Made by a program: the position numbers and the translations under genes. This document shows, in pieces, positions 46,966 through 57,155 of a DNA stretch of 64,000 bases. Each line of letters begins with the position of its first letter. Position 1 is the first letter of the stretch. The stretch comes from an uncultured Pseudomonadota bacterium (GTDB taxonomy: Bacteria > Pseudomonadota > Alphaproteobacteria > RF32 > CAG-239): assembly GCA_902761535.1 (NCBI GenBank), contig CACWKS010000001.1:26177-90176 (forward strand), given 5' to 3'. The notes under the pieces were generated by a model. That model ran no database searches. It was not told the origin of the DNA and saw only the letters and a list, made by a program, of their open reading frames with translations.

Positions 46966-48009
46966 TTAAAATCTGACTGCTTTTACTTGCTTCGCCGCAG
47001 CACTGACTAAAGTCAACACCAAATAACTCAATACGTCTTCAGTTGGTAAATCAGTAGTTTTACAATCTTTTTCTGCATTATATAATAAATATGATGCGTC
47101 AAATAAACGTTCTCTAGTCCACCCTTTTATTTGGCTCTCTGCCATATCATACCGATAAAACAATTTTCTTGATAAAGTTTTTTTAACTGCATCAGTTGCC
47201 GATAAGCCTTGTTCAACTAAACTTTTTGCCTCCAACAGCATATTTATATGTCTTGACAGACTTCTTATAATTTTTACTTCTTCAATACCCTCACCCAGCA
47301 TATATTGTACTATCTTCAAAGCCTGAACCTTCAAACCGGAAAAGACACTAAAACACAAATCATCAACCAAACTCGCCGATGCATCATATATAACTTTGCG
47401 TACGTCATCCACTTCAAAATGTCTGCTGTTTCCGACATAAGTAACCAACTTGTCAATTTCATTCGAATTAAATTTACGATCGTTTGACATCATCGAACAC
47501 AATAATTCGAAAGCTTCTTGCGAATAAGTTAACTTGTTTTCGGCCAACATCTGTTTAATTGATAAAACTAAATCTTTTCCTCTGTCATCATAACATGCCA
47601 TTGCTGCCAAAAAAGATTCGCCATTGAAATAACTGACTAATGTGCTGTGAGTATTCAAATTTTCACAGCCTCTGATTAGCAGTAAACTGTTCGACTTGCT
47701 TGTCTCGATAAATCCTTGCAATACTTTAGCCAAATCATCAGTACCGTTTTTCAAAATCACTACTCGACGACCAACCATCAAAGATTGTGCACTATATTCA
47801 CTGATTAAGGCTCCGACATCGCCCTTAATCTCTTCCCAGTCTAATTCTGCAATTGCAAACGGATCTTGTAAATTTTCACTCACTGTTTTAGCAAACTTCT
47901 GCATATATTCGCTGATCAAACCCTCATTTGAACCATAAAATAACACTGCCTTAATATTCAAATCAGGACGTTTGCAGTAATTATCGGCTTGTACGGTCTT
48001 AAATATCAT
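46966..48009 (-). CDS. holA: DNA polymerase III subunit delta
   Basis: VLFYGSNEGLI, QSLMVGRRVV, EIDKLVTY; downstream of leuS-lptE. Confidence 0.85.
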   Translation of the reverse strand: MIFKTVQADNYCKRPDLNIKAVLFYGSNEGLISEYMQKFAKTVSENLQDPFAIAELDWEEIKGDVGALISEYSAQSLMVGRRVVILKNGTDDLAKVLQGFIETSKSNSLLLIRGCENLNTHSTLVSYFNGESFLAAMACYDDRGKDLVLSIKQMLAENKLTYSQEAFELLCSMMSNDRKFNSNEIDKLVTYVGNSRHFEVDDVRKVIYDASASLVDDLCFSVFSGLKVQALKIVQYMLGEGIEEVKIIRSLSRHINMLLEAKSLVEQGLSATDAVKKTLSRKLFYRYDMAESQIKGWTRERLFDASYLLYNAEKDCKTTDLPTEDVLSYLVLTLVSAAAKQVKAVRF

Positions 48010-48542
48010 CTATCCCCACCGAACCGCGTATGAAAATATGCACCTAATCTGAGAACTATATCATCTGCAACAATTTTAGCCGCATCGTTTTCGGCTTTTT
48101 TCTGAGACATTGTAGTAGAATAAGGATCAGACAAAATATCATAACTTACAAAAGCCATGGAATCACCTTTTATCAGTTCCTCTGAACCTTCATACAATCT
48201 GTAACCTATTTTATACTTAATACGCTCGTTAGTTGCCGTAACATCATCACGCATCGCTTGCTGCGTAACATTACGCGACAACACTTCAACAACCAACCTG
48301 TATTTCGGATTCTGCGGAATTCCTTTAGGCGTCAACAAATCCAACAAATGATTTCGCATCTGTTGCCCGAAACGATCTTTAATTGCCGCAACCTTAATTT
48401 GCGCCATTTCAGTAGTGATTGATGTATCAAACTGATCATTAAAATACCAACCGGAAGTCGTACTTCGTTGCACATATAACGGCTGAAACCCGCATGAACA
48501 AAGCATTATACAAACTGCCAATATCTTAAAAAATCTCATCAA
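48006..48542 (-). CDS. lptE: LPS assembly lipoprotein LptE
   Basis: Lipobox LCSC followed by GFQPLY; lies between leuS and holA. Confidence 0.85.
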   Translation of the reverse strand: MMRFFKILAVCIMLCSCGFQPLYVQRSTTSGWYFNDQFDTSITTEMAQIKVAAIKDRFGQQMRNHLLDLLTPKGIPQNPKYRLVVEVLSRNVTQQAMRDDVTATNERIKYKIGYRLYEGSEELIKGDSMAFVSYDILSDPYSTTMSQKKAENDAAKIVADDIVLRLGAYFHTRFGGDR

Positions 48543-48551
48543 TCGTACTCC

Positions 48552-51011
48552 CTATGCAACAATATTAACAATTTTGTTAGGAACAACAATAACTTTTTTA
48601 ATTTCTTTTCCTGCTAAATTACGCTTAATATTATCCAACTCCAAAGCTGATTTTTCGACTTCAGCCTTATCGGCATCCTTAGGCATTTCCATTGTTGCCC
48701 TGACTTTACCGCATATCTGCACCGCATAAGTAACAGTATTATTTTCAGCCAATTTTGCATCTCCTTGTGGCCAAGTCTCTTTAACAATCAAGCCTTCATA
48801 TCCCAATCTTGCCCACATTTCTTCCGCTAAATGAGGAGTAAACGGAGCTATCAATTTCAACAAAGTAGCATATAAAGTCTGACCTATTTTTTCTTTTGCC
48901 GAAAGATAATTAACATAACTCATCAAAGATGAAACTGCCGTATTAAATTTCATTTGATCGATTCGCTCGGTTACTTCCAATATACAAGCATGCATCGCTC
49001 GCAAATCAGCTTGTGATAAAGGAGCTTCTTCATCTTGGCAAACTTTTTTGAATAAATTGTATATTCTGCCCACAAAGCGATAAACCCCCATCAAACTTTC
49101 TTCCGACCACATTGCGGTCTGTTCAAACGGACCTATAAACATCTCGTAAAGTCTGAAACTGTCTGCACCGTAATTTTCAACAATCTCATCCGGATTAACC
49201 ACATTTCCGCGTGATTTTGACATCTTTTCACCATTCGATGCCAAAATCATACCATGCGATGTTCTTTTATTATACGGCTCTTTGGTTGGAACATATCCGC
49301 AATCATACAAAAATTTGTGCCAAAAACGCGAATATAATAAGTGTAACGTAGTATGCTCCATACCGCCGTTATACCAATCCACATTCATCCAATAATCCAA
49401 GGCTTCTTTGGAAGCAAATTCCTTATCATTATGTGGATCACAATAACGCAGAAAATACCAAGACGATCCCGCCCAATTAGGCATAACATCCGTCTCTCTT
49501 CTGGCATGTCCTCCACATTTCGGACATGTAGTATTAACCCACTCTGTCGCTTTTGCCAAAGGTGAATCCCCTTCATCATTAGGCAAATAATCTTTCACCT
49601 CAGGTAATCTGAGCGGCAAATCTTTTTCATCCAATGGTTGCCATCCGCATTTTTCACAATAAACCATCGGAATAGGCTCTCCCCAATAGCGTTGACGCGA
49701 GAAGATCCAATCACGCAATTTAAAGTTAATTTTAGAATTACCAAAACCATGCTCAACCGCATAATCTATAGCCTTACGCATGGCATCATCTTTATTTAAG
49801 CCGTTTAAGAAACCGGAATTTATATGGTCTCCGTCTTCTTCCCAAGCTTTTTCGGAAATATCACCGCCGGATAATACCTGAATAATCGGTAAATTAAATT
49901 TCTTAGCAAAATCATAGTCTCGCTGATCATGAGCCGGAACCGCCATAATTGCCCCTGTTCCGTATCCGGTTAAAACATAATCTGATATAAACACCGGAAT
50001 CATCGCCCCGTTAAACGGATTCTCTGCTTTAATTCCTTTCAATTCAACCCCGGTCTTTTCCTCACTTATTGACCTTTGCAATTCTGATTTTTTCGCTGTC
50101 TCATCAACATAAGCTTTTACTTCCGCTTGGTTTTCAAATCGATCCATATACTTTGCAACAAAAGGATGTTCCGGAGCTAATACCATATAAGTAACCCCGA
50201 AAACCGTATCCGGCCTTGTCGTAAATACTTTAAGTTTATCGTCCCCAAACTTGAAATCCAGTTCGGCACCTTCCGAACGTCCGATCCAATTAATCTGCTG
50301 AGCCTTAACTCTATCAATAAAATTCAAATCTTCCAAATCATCAATCAAACGATCCGCATATTTAGTAATAGCAACAATCCATTGTTCCTTTTCTTTGCGC
50401 ACTACCGGAGCACCGCATCTTTCACAACAACCATTAACCACTTCTTCGTTAGCCAACCCTACTTTACAAGAAGGGCACCAGTTAATTGCCATCTTCCCTT
50501 TATAGGCTAATCCTTTCTTATACAACTGAATAAACATCCACTGTGTCCATTTATAATACTCCGGATCACACGTAGAAACACATCTGTCCCAATCAAAAGA
50601 CAAACCTATCATTTTCAACTGTCTGGTAAAGTTTTCAATATTAGCTTTAGTCGAAATCGCCGGATGAATCCCCGTTTTTATGGCATAATTCTCTGCCGGA
50701 AGTCCGAAGGCATCAAACCCGATAGGATACAACACATTAAAACCCTGCATTCTTTTCTTTCGAGATATCACATCTAATGCCGTATATGAACGAGGATGAC
50801 CGACATGCAACCCTGCCCCTGACGGATAAGGAAATTCAACTAATGCATAAAACTTCTTCTTGCTCTTATCAATATCCACATGATAAGCCTTCTCATCTTC
50901 CCAAATTTCCTGCCACTTTTTTTCTATCGACTTAAAGTTATATCTGTCTTCAATCTTCCAAGTCTGTTGCCATTCCTCAAACGAGGCTTTTCCGTTATAT
51001 CTTTTATTCAT
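48552..51011 (-). CDS. leuS: Leucine--tRNA ligase
   Basis: FPYPSGAGLHVGH (HIGH), editing-domain FTTRPDT and GTGAIMAVPAHDQRD, KMSKS; start placed at MNKRY. Confidence 0.97.
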   Translation of the reverse strand: MNKRYNGKASFEEWQQTWKIEDRYNFKSIEKKWQEIWEDEKAYHVDIDKSKKKFYALVEFPYPSGAGLHVGHPRSYTALDVISRKKRMQGFNVLYPIGFDAFGLPAENYAIKTGIHPAISTKANIENFTRQLKMIGLSFDWDRCVSTCDPEYYKWTQWMFIQLYKKGLAYKGKMAINWCPSCKVGLANEEVVNGCCERCGAPVVRKEKEQWIVAITKYADRLIDDLEDLNFIDRVKAQQINWIGRSEGAELDFKFGDDKLKVFTTRPDTVFGVTYMVLAPEHPFVAKYMDRFENQAEVKAYVDETAKKSELQRSISEEKTGVELKGIKAENPFNGAMIPVFISDYVLTGYGTGAIMAVPAHDQRDYDFAKKFNLPIIQVLSGGDISEKAWEEDGDHINSGFLNGLNKDDAMRKAIDYAVEHGFGNSKINFKLRDWIFSRQRYWGEPIPMVYCEKCGWQPLDEKDLPLRLPEVKDYLPNDEGDSPLAKATEWVNTTCPKCGGHARRETDVMPNWAGSSWYFLRYCDPHNDKEFASKEALDYWMNVDWYNGGMEHTTLHLLYSRFWHKFLYDCGYVPTKEPYNKRTSHGMILASNGEKMSKSRGNVVNPDEIVENYGADSFRLYEMFIGPFEQTAMWSEESLMGVYRFVGRIYNLFKKVCQDEEAPLSQADLRAMHACILEVTERIDQMKFNTAVSSLMSYVNYLSAKEKIGQTLYATLLKLIAPFTPHLAEEMWARLGYEGLIVKETWPQGDAKLAENNTVTYAVQICGKVRATMEMPKDADKAEVEKSALELDNIKRNLAGKEIKKVIVVPNKIVNIVA

Positions 51012-51157
51012 TTTCCTAAACCATATTAAAAATTTACAATTGCACACAAAATATCCCAATTTATTATATTTGACAAGATACATTTTTAAATCTTGTAATT
51101 ACTTGCGAATTTGTTTAATATTTTTAAGTATTCAACCTCTCGTAAGAACATATTGAT

Positions 51158-52414
51158 ATGACCGATTCTCGATATATAGCCCTACAAATTTTTGCTCAAA
51201 CCCTGACTGAACAACAACCTATAACTCTACCTGACAATCTCAATGAAAAAGACATTGCCTTTGTAAAAATGCTGCTGTTTACTGCATTACGCCATTTACC
51301 CTATATTCAAAAAACAATTAAAAAAAACACTTCGAGCAATTCACGAATTCGCCCCTACGCCAAATATGCCTTATTTTTAGGAGCAACCGAACTTATTTAT
51401 ATGTCATCTCCCGCCTATGCCATAATCAATTCTTATGTTAATCTTGTTAAAAAAAATACCAATCAGTATGCTGCCGGTTTTGTTAACGCTGTACTACGCA
51501 AAATCGAACTTACCAAAAACATTATCATTGCTGAAGATTCCGGTGAATTTTTTTCTGATAATTTTCGCTCAATGCTGCGAAAAAGCTATTCTGCTCAAAC
51601 CGTAGCTTCGATAGAAAAAGCCTGCCTGTCTGAACCGCTTTTAGATATCACCGTCAAAGATAAAAACTCACCAATATGCTCTTTAGGTAAAATACTTCCC
51701 TTAGGCACTTTACGCATACCTAACAAAGGAAAAATTTCCGATTTACCGGATTATCGATTCGGTACATGGTGGGTGCAGGATTTCTCCTCCGCATTACCGG
51801 TAAAAATGCTTGATAATATCCGTAACAAATCTGTTTTAGATCTTTGTGCCGCCCCCGGAGGCAAAACCGCACAGCTTTTATCTGCCGGTGCTAAAGTAAC
51901 TGCCGTTGACATATCCGCTGCTCGCTTGCAAACCTTACGACAAAATCTTCAAAGACTTCACTTAACTGCTGAAAATATTATTTGTGCTGATGCACTTGAT
52001 TATCTTAATCAAACTTCCGAAAAATTCGACATAGTCCTGCTTGATGCTCCATGTTCGGCAACCGGCACCTTGCGGCGCCACCCCGAAATAGCCCATTTCA
52101 AAACATCTGAAGACGTTTTACGTCAAAGTTCCCTTCAACAAAAACTACTTGAAGCATCTTTGCCGATAATAGCCCCCCAAGGTTATCTGCTATATTGCAC
52201 CTGTTCACTTTGTCCCGAAGAAGGAGAATTGCAAATTAACAACTTTATCAAAAAAAATCCCGATAAAATTTGCCCGATTAATCTAACCGAGCGTCTCCCC
52301 GATGAACTAAAATTTCTTGCCGATTCGCAAGGTTTCATTCGTATATTGCCCCACCTGATGAAAGATTATGGTTATACCGACGGCTTCTTTATAGCTTTAC
52401 TTAAAATCCTATAA
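51158..52414 (+). CDS. rsmB: RsmB/NOP family rRNA (cytosine-C5) methyltransferase with NusB-like N-terminus
   Basis: WWVQD, LDLCAAPGGKT, DAPCSATGTLRRHPE, YCTCS, DGFF. Confidence 0.88.
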   Translation: MTDSRYIALQIFAQTLTEQQPITLPDNLNEKDIAFVKMLLFTALRHLPYIQKTIKKNTSSNSRIRPYAKYALFLGATELIYMSSPAYAIINSYVNLVKKNTNQYAAGFVNAVLRKIELTKNIIIAEDSGEFFSDNFRSMLRKSYSAQTVASIEKACLSEPLLDITVKDKNSPICSLGKILPLGTLRIPNKGKISDLPDYRFGTWWVQDFSSALPVKMLDNIRNKSVLDLCAAPGGKTAQLLSAGAKVTAVDISAARLQTLRQNLQRLHLTAENIICADALDYLNQTSEKFDIVLLDAPCSATGTLRRHPEIAHFKTSEDVLRQSSLQQKLLEASLPIIAPQGYLLYCTCSLCPEEGELQINNFIKKNPDKICPINLTERLPDELKFLADSQGFIRILPHLMKDYGYTDGFFIALLKIL

Positions 52415-52513
52415 TAAAATTTGGAATAACCTCGTAATCTGACTTGAAGTAAAAAAGCTTATCATTTATATTGACGATGATATTAGATCAAACAATTCAA
52501 TTTGAGCATAAAT

Positions 52514-53578
52514 ATGGATACGCTTATACTGAATATCGGCATTTCTTTTTTAATCGGCATACTTCTTTCGGTATTGCTTCATGTGTATTTTTTTAAGACT
52601 TCCATCAACGAATTGTTTATGTCTTCAATTAGTGCTGTTACCATAGCATCTGTAATCGGAATTACTACTGTATCGCTGTTGTTTTGGAACGATGATGATT
52701 TTGTAGCCGATATATCGTTAAAGAAATATCTAATTCCACTCGCAGGAAGTTTAATTATCCTTTTTGCTGCTTTTTCCTTAAATTTATTTACAACCATAAT
52801 AATTTCGCTGTTTGTTGCAATATTCAGCATATATTATACCGGCATTATAATTGATTTTCCTTATGATTTGCCAGGCTGGACCAATACTGTTTTAACTATA
52901 ATTTTATTATGGTTATTCACATGCAGTTTTTATTGCCTCTCCGGATTAACTCCTTTTCCTCAATCTCAAGGATTATGCGTGGCTATCGGATTTATAATTT
53001 TAACAGCGTTGCATACTGCTCCGGCTATTATAGGTTATTCTGCCGCTTTGTTATGCGGAATTTTGACTGTAGCCTTTGTTCGTAGCAAATATCAACCCTT
53101 CAATCATATCAGTACCCCTGTGCTGGGATATATAATAGCTTGGTTTGGACTGATGTCCTATCAAGAACATCTTTTACCTTGCTTTATAACTTTTTCCATG
53201 TATGGAGTCATGGAATGTTTAATCGCTGTTTTTCGTAGAATCATATCTTTTCCCAAAATTCAAAACGTTATTTACAATACAAGCTTATATCGTGCATATG
53301 AAGAAAGTGGCTCCTCTCATCTTGTAACTCGCTTCATATGGAGTACCGACACCATGCTGATAATTTTAGGAGTATTTCAAATAAACAGCTCCAATACTTT
53401 TTCTTTACCTGTATTTGCCGCTATCCTCTGTATATGGCAACAGTATCGCATTTTGAATTGGCAACAACCGGAACTAAGCCTGAAAGAAGCGGGAAAAGAA
53501 ACTATTACCTCTATAAGAAAATCCCTCAACATATTATTCAAAAATTCTGACGATAACAAACACACGGATGACAAGTGA
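52514..53578 (+). CDS. Polytopic membrane protein, degenerate MraY/WecA (Glycos_transf_4)-like
   Basis: About 10 TM helices whose spacing resembles MraY/WecA, but the catalytic Asp motifs are absent. Confidence 0.5.
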   Translation: MDTLILNIGISFLIGILLSVLLHVYFFKTSINELFMSSISAVTIASVIGITTVSLLFWNDDDFVADISLKKYLIPLAGSLIILFAAFSLNLFTTIIISLFVAIFSIYYTGIIIDFPYDLPGWTNTVLTIILLWLFTCSFYCLSGLTPFPQSQGLCVAIGFIILTALHTAPAIIGYSAALLCGILTVAFVRSKYQPFNHISTPVLGYIIAWFGLMSYQEHLLPCFITFSMYGVMECLIAVFRRIISFPKIQNVIYNTSLYRAYEESGSSHLVTRFIWSTDTMLIILGVFQINSSNTFSLPVFAAILCIWQQYRILNWQQPELSLKEAGKETITSIRKSLNILFKNSDDNKHTDDK

Positions 53579-54939
53579 TGTCTATAATAAATTTTCTTAA
53601 AAATACTTTTTTATCACCGCTTAATATTGAAGAAGCCAACGATGCTTTTTCAGACAATGCCTTCAATATAAGTTATCGTTGTCTTGTTATTGAATTTGCT
53701 GAAACTATTGAAAATTCTTCAGGGGAAATATTAACAGCACTTTTGCGAACTCAAAAAAATCTTAGTGTCAATTATTTCAACGAACCGTTCAATAAAAATT
53801 TTTTATCTCTCGAGGGCCGCACTTTTTTTGATTTTATTGATAAAGGTCAAACTATTTTAGATAAAACCAATTCAGACGTTCTTATTTGGGGGTGTCGTGA
53901 AGGAGATCAAATACGTTTGAATTTCCAAACTGCTGAACAATACGAACAAAACAGTTCCTCTTTTTTGAGTTTATTGGACAGCTTATACCTCCCGGCATCA
54001 ATATTTGATAATGTTAACAATTTTCCATCTTCAATCCTGCATATTATTGTAGGAAGCATAATAATGGCTGCTCCTGCTCATACCAAACAACAAATTGTTC
54101 AACAAAAATTCTTACTAAAACGCATCATTGATCAACTCTCTCATAACGATTCTTCTAAATTATTGCAAGTTGAATATCTGCCTTATGTTATGAATTTTTT
54201 ATCCTTAATTTACCTTACTTATTGCCGCAATTCTACTGATGAAAAAGATTTTAAAATTGTCAATAAACTTTTAAATAGTGCAATAAGCCACCAAGATTTA
54301 ATTAAAAACCCCATGCACCTCGGTTGCATCTATAGTCATTTTGGACAATTACATCGTTTAGCTGCTCAAACTAATTCAAATCATATTGCTAAACATTATA
54401 AAGCGGCAATAGCCAACTATCAATTAGCTCAAAAATATATCGGTAAATATACTTATCCGTATAACTATGGTTTTATCTCATACCAGATGTCTAATTTATT
54501 GTATGATTATTGGCGTCAAATCAACGATATTCAAATATTGCGCGATTCGGTATTTAACCTTCGTGAAGCCGAAAAAATATTCACCTATGCCGTATTTCCG
54601 GAATTTTGGGCTGAAATTGAAGGTTTACTGGGGCAGAGAATGAGTGTTTTAGGTTTTCAATCACATAACAACGCTATTGCTGAATTAGCTATCACAGCCT
54701 ACAAAAATCAACAAAAAATCATCACCGAAAAACGTGATCCTTTTCATTGGGCCACCATTCAAGAAAACATCGGCAATATATACTATAAACTTGGCAGAAG
54801 CAATCAAGATAGTGACTTATTAGAGGAAAGCTTGGAATATTTCCACGATGCCCTCTATATATTTGAAAATATGGATTTGGAAGAAAATACTAAACGTGTT
54901 GCCACCAGTATAACCAAAACTTCTGATTTATTGCCCTAG
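53575..54939 (+). CDS. TPR-like repeat protein
   Basis: PEFWAEIEGLLG and PFHWATIQENIGNIY repeats of the 'PxxWAxxQxNLG' type. Confidence 0.7.
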   Translation: MMSIINFLKNTFLSPLNIEEANDAFSDNAFNISYRCLVIEFAETIENSSGEILTALLRTQKNLSVNYFNEPFNKNFLSLEGRTFFDFIDKGQTILDKTNSDVLIWGCREGDQIRLNFQTAEQYEQNSSSFLSLLDSLYLPASIFDNVNNFPSSILHIIVGSIIMAAPAHTKQQIVQQKFLLKRIIDQLSHNDSSKLLQVEYLPYVMNFLSLIYLTYCRNSTDEKDFKIVNKLLNSAISHQDLIKNPMHLGCIYSHFGQLHRLAAQTNSNHIAKHYKAAIANYQLAQKYIGKYTYPYNYGFISYQMSNLLYDYWRQINDIQILRDSVFNLREAEKIFTYAVFPEFWAEIEGLLGQRMSVLGFQSHNNAIAELAITAYKNQQKIITEKRDPFHWATIQENIGNIYYKLGRSNQDSDLLEESLEYFHDALYIFENMDLEENTKRVATSITKTSDLLP

Positions 54940-54945
54940 ATTAAT

Positions 54946-55491
54946 TTACCTTTCCCTTCCGCTGCGTGAACCTCTTTCCATCATACGCTGCCTTTGTCTT
55001 GTTAATTCACGTTCCTTTTGGCGGTTCTCTCGTTCTTTTTGTTCATCCGGCGTCTCTCGATGATTCATCTTTGCTTCGCGCAAAGCCATTAATCGCTTTA
55101 TCAAATCTTTTTGTGAAACACCATTGGTTGCTCCTTTCAAAAAATCCATTATATTATCAGGAGTCAACAACGCCTCAAAATCCACACTTTTTAACATTTC
55201 ATCACTGGCTATAATTTCGTTTAATTCTACAGCCAAAGCTTCATCCCAATCATCATCGTCATCATCATCCGATGTAATAATTTTCAACAATGATTCCTTA
55301 AATAACTTGTTTACTAATTTCATAAAATTACGAGGTGTAACACTTCCGTTAGCCGAAGCCTGCATCAACGAAAATAACAACAAATTTTTAACATACTTTT
55401 TCTGTCGACTGGAAAGTTTTAAGTTTCCTCTAATACCTTCTTTTGCCGCCATTAAAACTTCTTTACGTTCTTTTTCAAAATTATAAGCCAT
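54946..55491 (-). CDS. Hypothetical protein with Arg-rich C-terminal tail
   Basis: Start overlaps the rppH stop; D7 tract; ends ERELTRQRQRMMERGSRSGRER. Confidence 0.75.
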   Translation of the reverse strand: MAYNFEKERKEVLMAAKEGIRGNLKLSSRQKKYVKNLLLFSLMQASANGSVTPRNFMKLVNKLFKESLLKIITSDDDDDDDWDEALAVELNEIIASDEMLKSVDFEALLTPDNIMDFLKGATNGVSQKDLIKRLMALREAKMNHRETPDEQKERENRQKERELTRQRQRMMERGSRSGRER

Positions 55492-55966
55492 TTGTTTTTC
55501 CTTGTAAATAATCAATGATTATTGGATAAAAAAAATCAACTACTTTCCTGTATACATCTTTCTTAAAATCAACAATTAAATCCGGAGCTACCTTTATATC
55601 ATCCCAACGATAATTTCTAAACTCTATTTCCTGAGGATTCACCTTAAAATTAATTTCCTCATTACTGCCCGTAAAATAAAACAAAACCCAGTCTTGTTCC
55701 TGTCCTTTAAAAGGGAGCTTAAAATCAGCCGGAAAATCATAACGTAAACTATTAGGCATTTGTGCAACTGATTTTATCAATTTTATACCGGTTTCTTCAT
55801 ATAATTCTCTTTCAGCTGCAGCCTCAATACTTTCTCCTTCCTCAATACCTCCTTGAGGAAACTGCCAGCTATCTTCAACTTGATCATTACGTGCGCATAA
55901 CAAAACTTTGCCTTCTCCATTAAATACAACAACTCCGACATTTTTCCTATAACCAAGCTCAACCAT
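55481..55966 (-). CDS. rppH: RNA pyrophosphohydrolase (Nudix)
   Basis: YRKNVG, WQFPQGGIEEGE..AAERELYEETG, FKGQEQDW, FKKDVY. Confidence 0.92.
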   Translation of the reverse strand: MVELGYRKNVGVVVFNGEGKVLLCARNDQVEDSWQFPQGGIEEGESIEAAAERELYEETGIKLIKSVAQMPNSLRYDFPADFKLPFKGQEQDWVLFYFTGSNEEINFKVNPQEIEFRNYRWDDIKVAPDLIVDFKKDVYRKVVDFFYPIIIDYLQGKTNGL

Positions 55967-55968
55967 CT

Positions 55969-57147
55969 TTATTCAACCACCAAATTTGAAACCGGAACCA
56001 ATGCAAAAGGTTTTGTAATTCCCTTTGTTTTTGCTTCTTCATAGGATAATTGAGGAGAAAAAGTCTCAATCCACTTATTTATACGCATAACTATCAAAGG
56101 CTTTTCATCAGTCACAATCAATACCTGCCCTTTGTCGAAAGCAATATTTTCTGCCTTCTTCAATTGTTCATCTATCTCATCACTGGACATATCTTTACTT
56201 ATAAACAAATCAGCCTTTCTTCTGGCTAAACCATCAACTTTAATTGAATTAATTATATCCGAAGATGTAGCATCAACCATTAACAAACCTCTGTCCCTGA
56301 TCTCTTCAAGCAAATCAATTATTATTCCATTATTATCTTCTTCAATCAGGCCATCTCTTATAACAACACCGCCTATCGGTTCTGATTTGGAAATTACTTT
56401 ATAAAATCTCGAAAAAACTTCATCTTTATCCAAATTAAAATTAAGAGCCGCCGGACCAGTATCTTCATGGGTAAAATCGCTCGAAGCCAATAAGACATCC
56501 ATGTAAGTTTCATGACCTTTCTGTCTGGCTACACTTATATTTGCTTGTTCATTTGTCATATAAGGATGAAAACTCATTGATAATTCCGGCTGAAAAGATG
56601 CGGCAATTTTACTGATAGCTTCACTGTCAAACCCTAAATTTCCAACAACAATTGCCACTTTCTTAAAATTAGGTAACACACTTACCATATATCCATACTC
56701 AATCCAAGGTTTATGTCCTTCATGTCCAAATTTTGGCAATGTTAACCCGTCTTCGGTAACTTCAATCATATCCGGAAGAGCAGCAATATTTTTCATTTGT
56801 ATAGGAAAATTTTTACTTTCTAACTTTGCTATGCTTGGAACATTATTAATCAAATCTTCTAAAGAAAATTCTTTTTCTTCTTCCGAATTTGCAATATGCT
56901 CCTCTTCAACATTGTCTTCGGAAACATCGTTGCCGCTTTTTTGGGAAGATACCTCAACTTTATCAGGCAAAGTTAGAACATATGCCGGAGATTTATTATC
57001 CTTATCAAACATCAAACGATCAATTTTAGAAAGATACACCGGCTCACTTTTTTCTTGAGCAAACCAATAGCCAATAGCCAAAACCAGTATTGCAATTCCT
57101 AAAATTGCAATAACCAGTTTATCATATCTTTCTAAATTTCTTGCCAT
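55969..57147 (-). CDS. Divergent polysaccharide deacetylase family protein
   Basis: VAIVVGNLG, SFHPY, ARQKGHE, DTGP, RGLLMVD; ctpA-DPD-rppH order. Confidence 0.78.
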   Translation of the reverse strand: MARNLERYDKLVIAILGIAILVLAIGYWFAQEKSEPVYLSKIDRLMFDKDNKSPAYVLTLPDKVEVSSQKSGNDVSEDNVEEEHIANSEEEKEFSLEDLINNVPSIAKLESKNFPIQMKNIAALPDMIEVTEDGLTLPKFGHEGHKPWIEYGYMVSVLPNFKKVAIVVGNLGFDSEAISKIAASFQPELSMSFHPYMTNEQANISVARQKGHETYMDVLLASSDFTHEDTGPAALNFNLDKDEVFSRFYKVISKSEPIGGVVIRDGLIEEDNNGIIIDLLEEIRDRGLLMVDATSSDIINSIKVDGLARRKADLFISKDMSSDEIDEQLKKAENIAFDKGQVLIVTDEKPLIVMRINKWIETFSPQLSYEEAKTKGITKPFALVPVSNLVVE

Positions 57148-57155
57148 AATTTATC

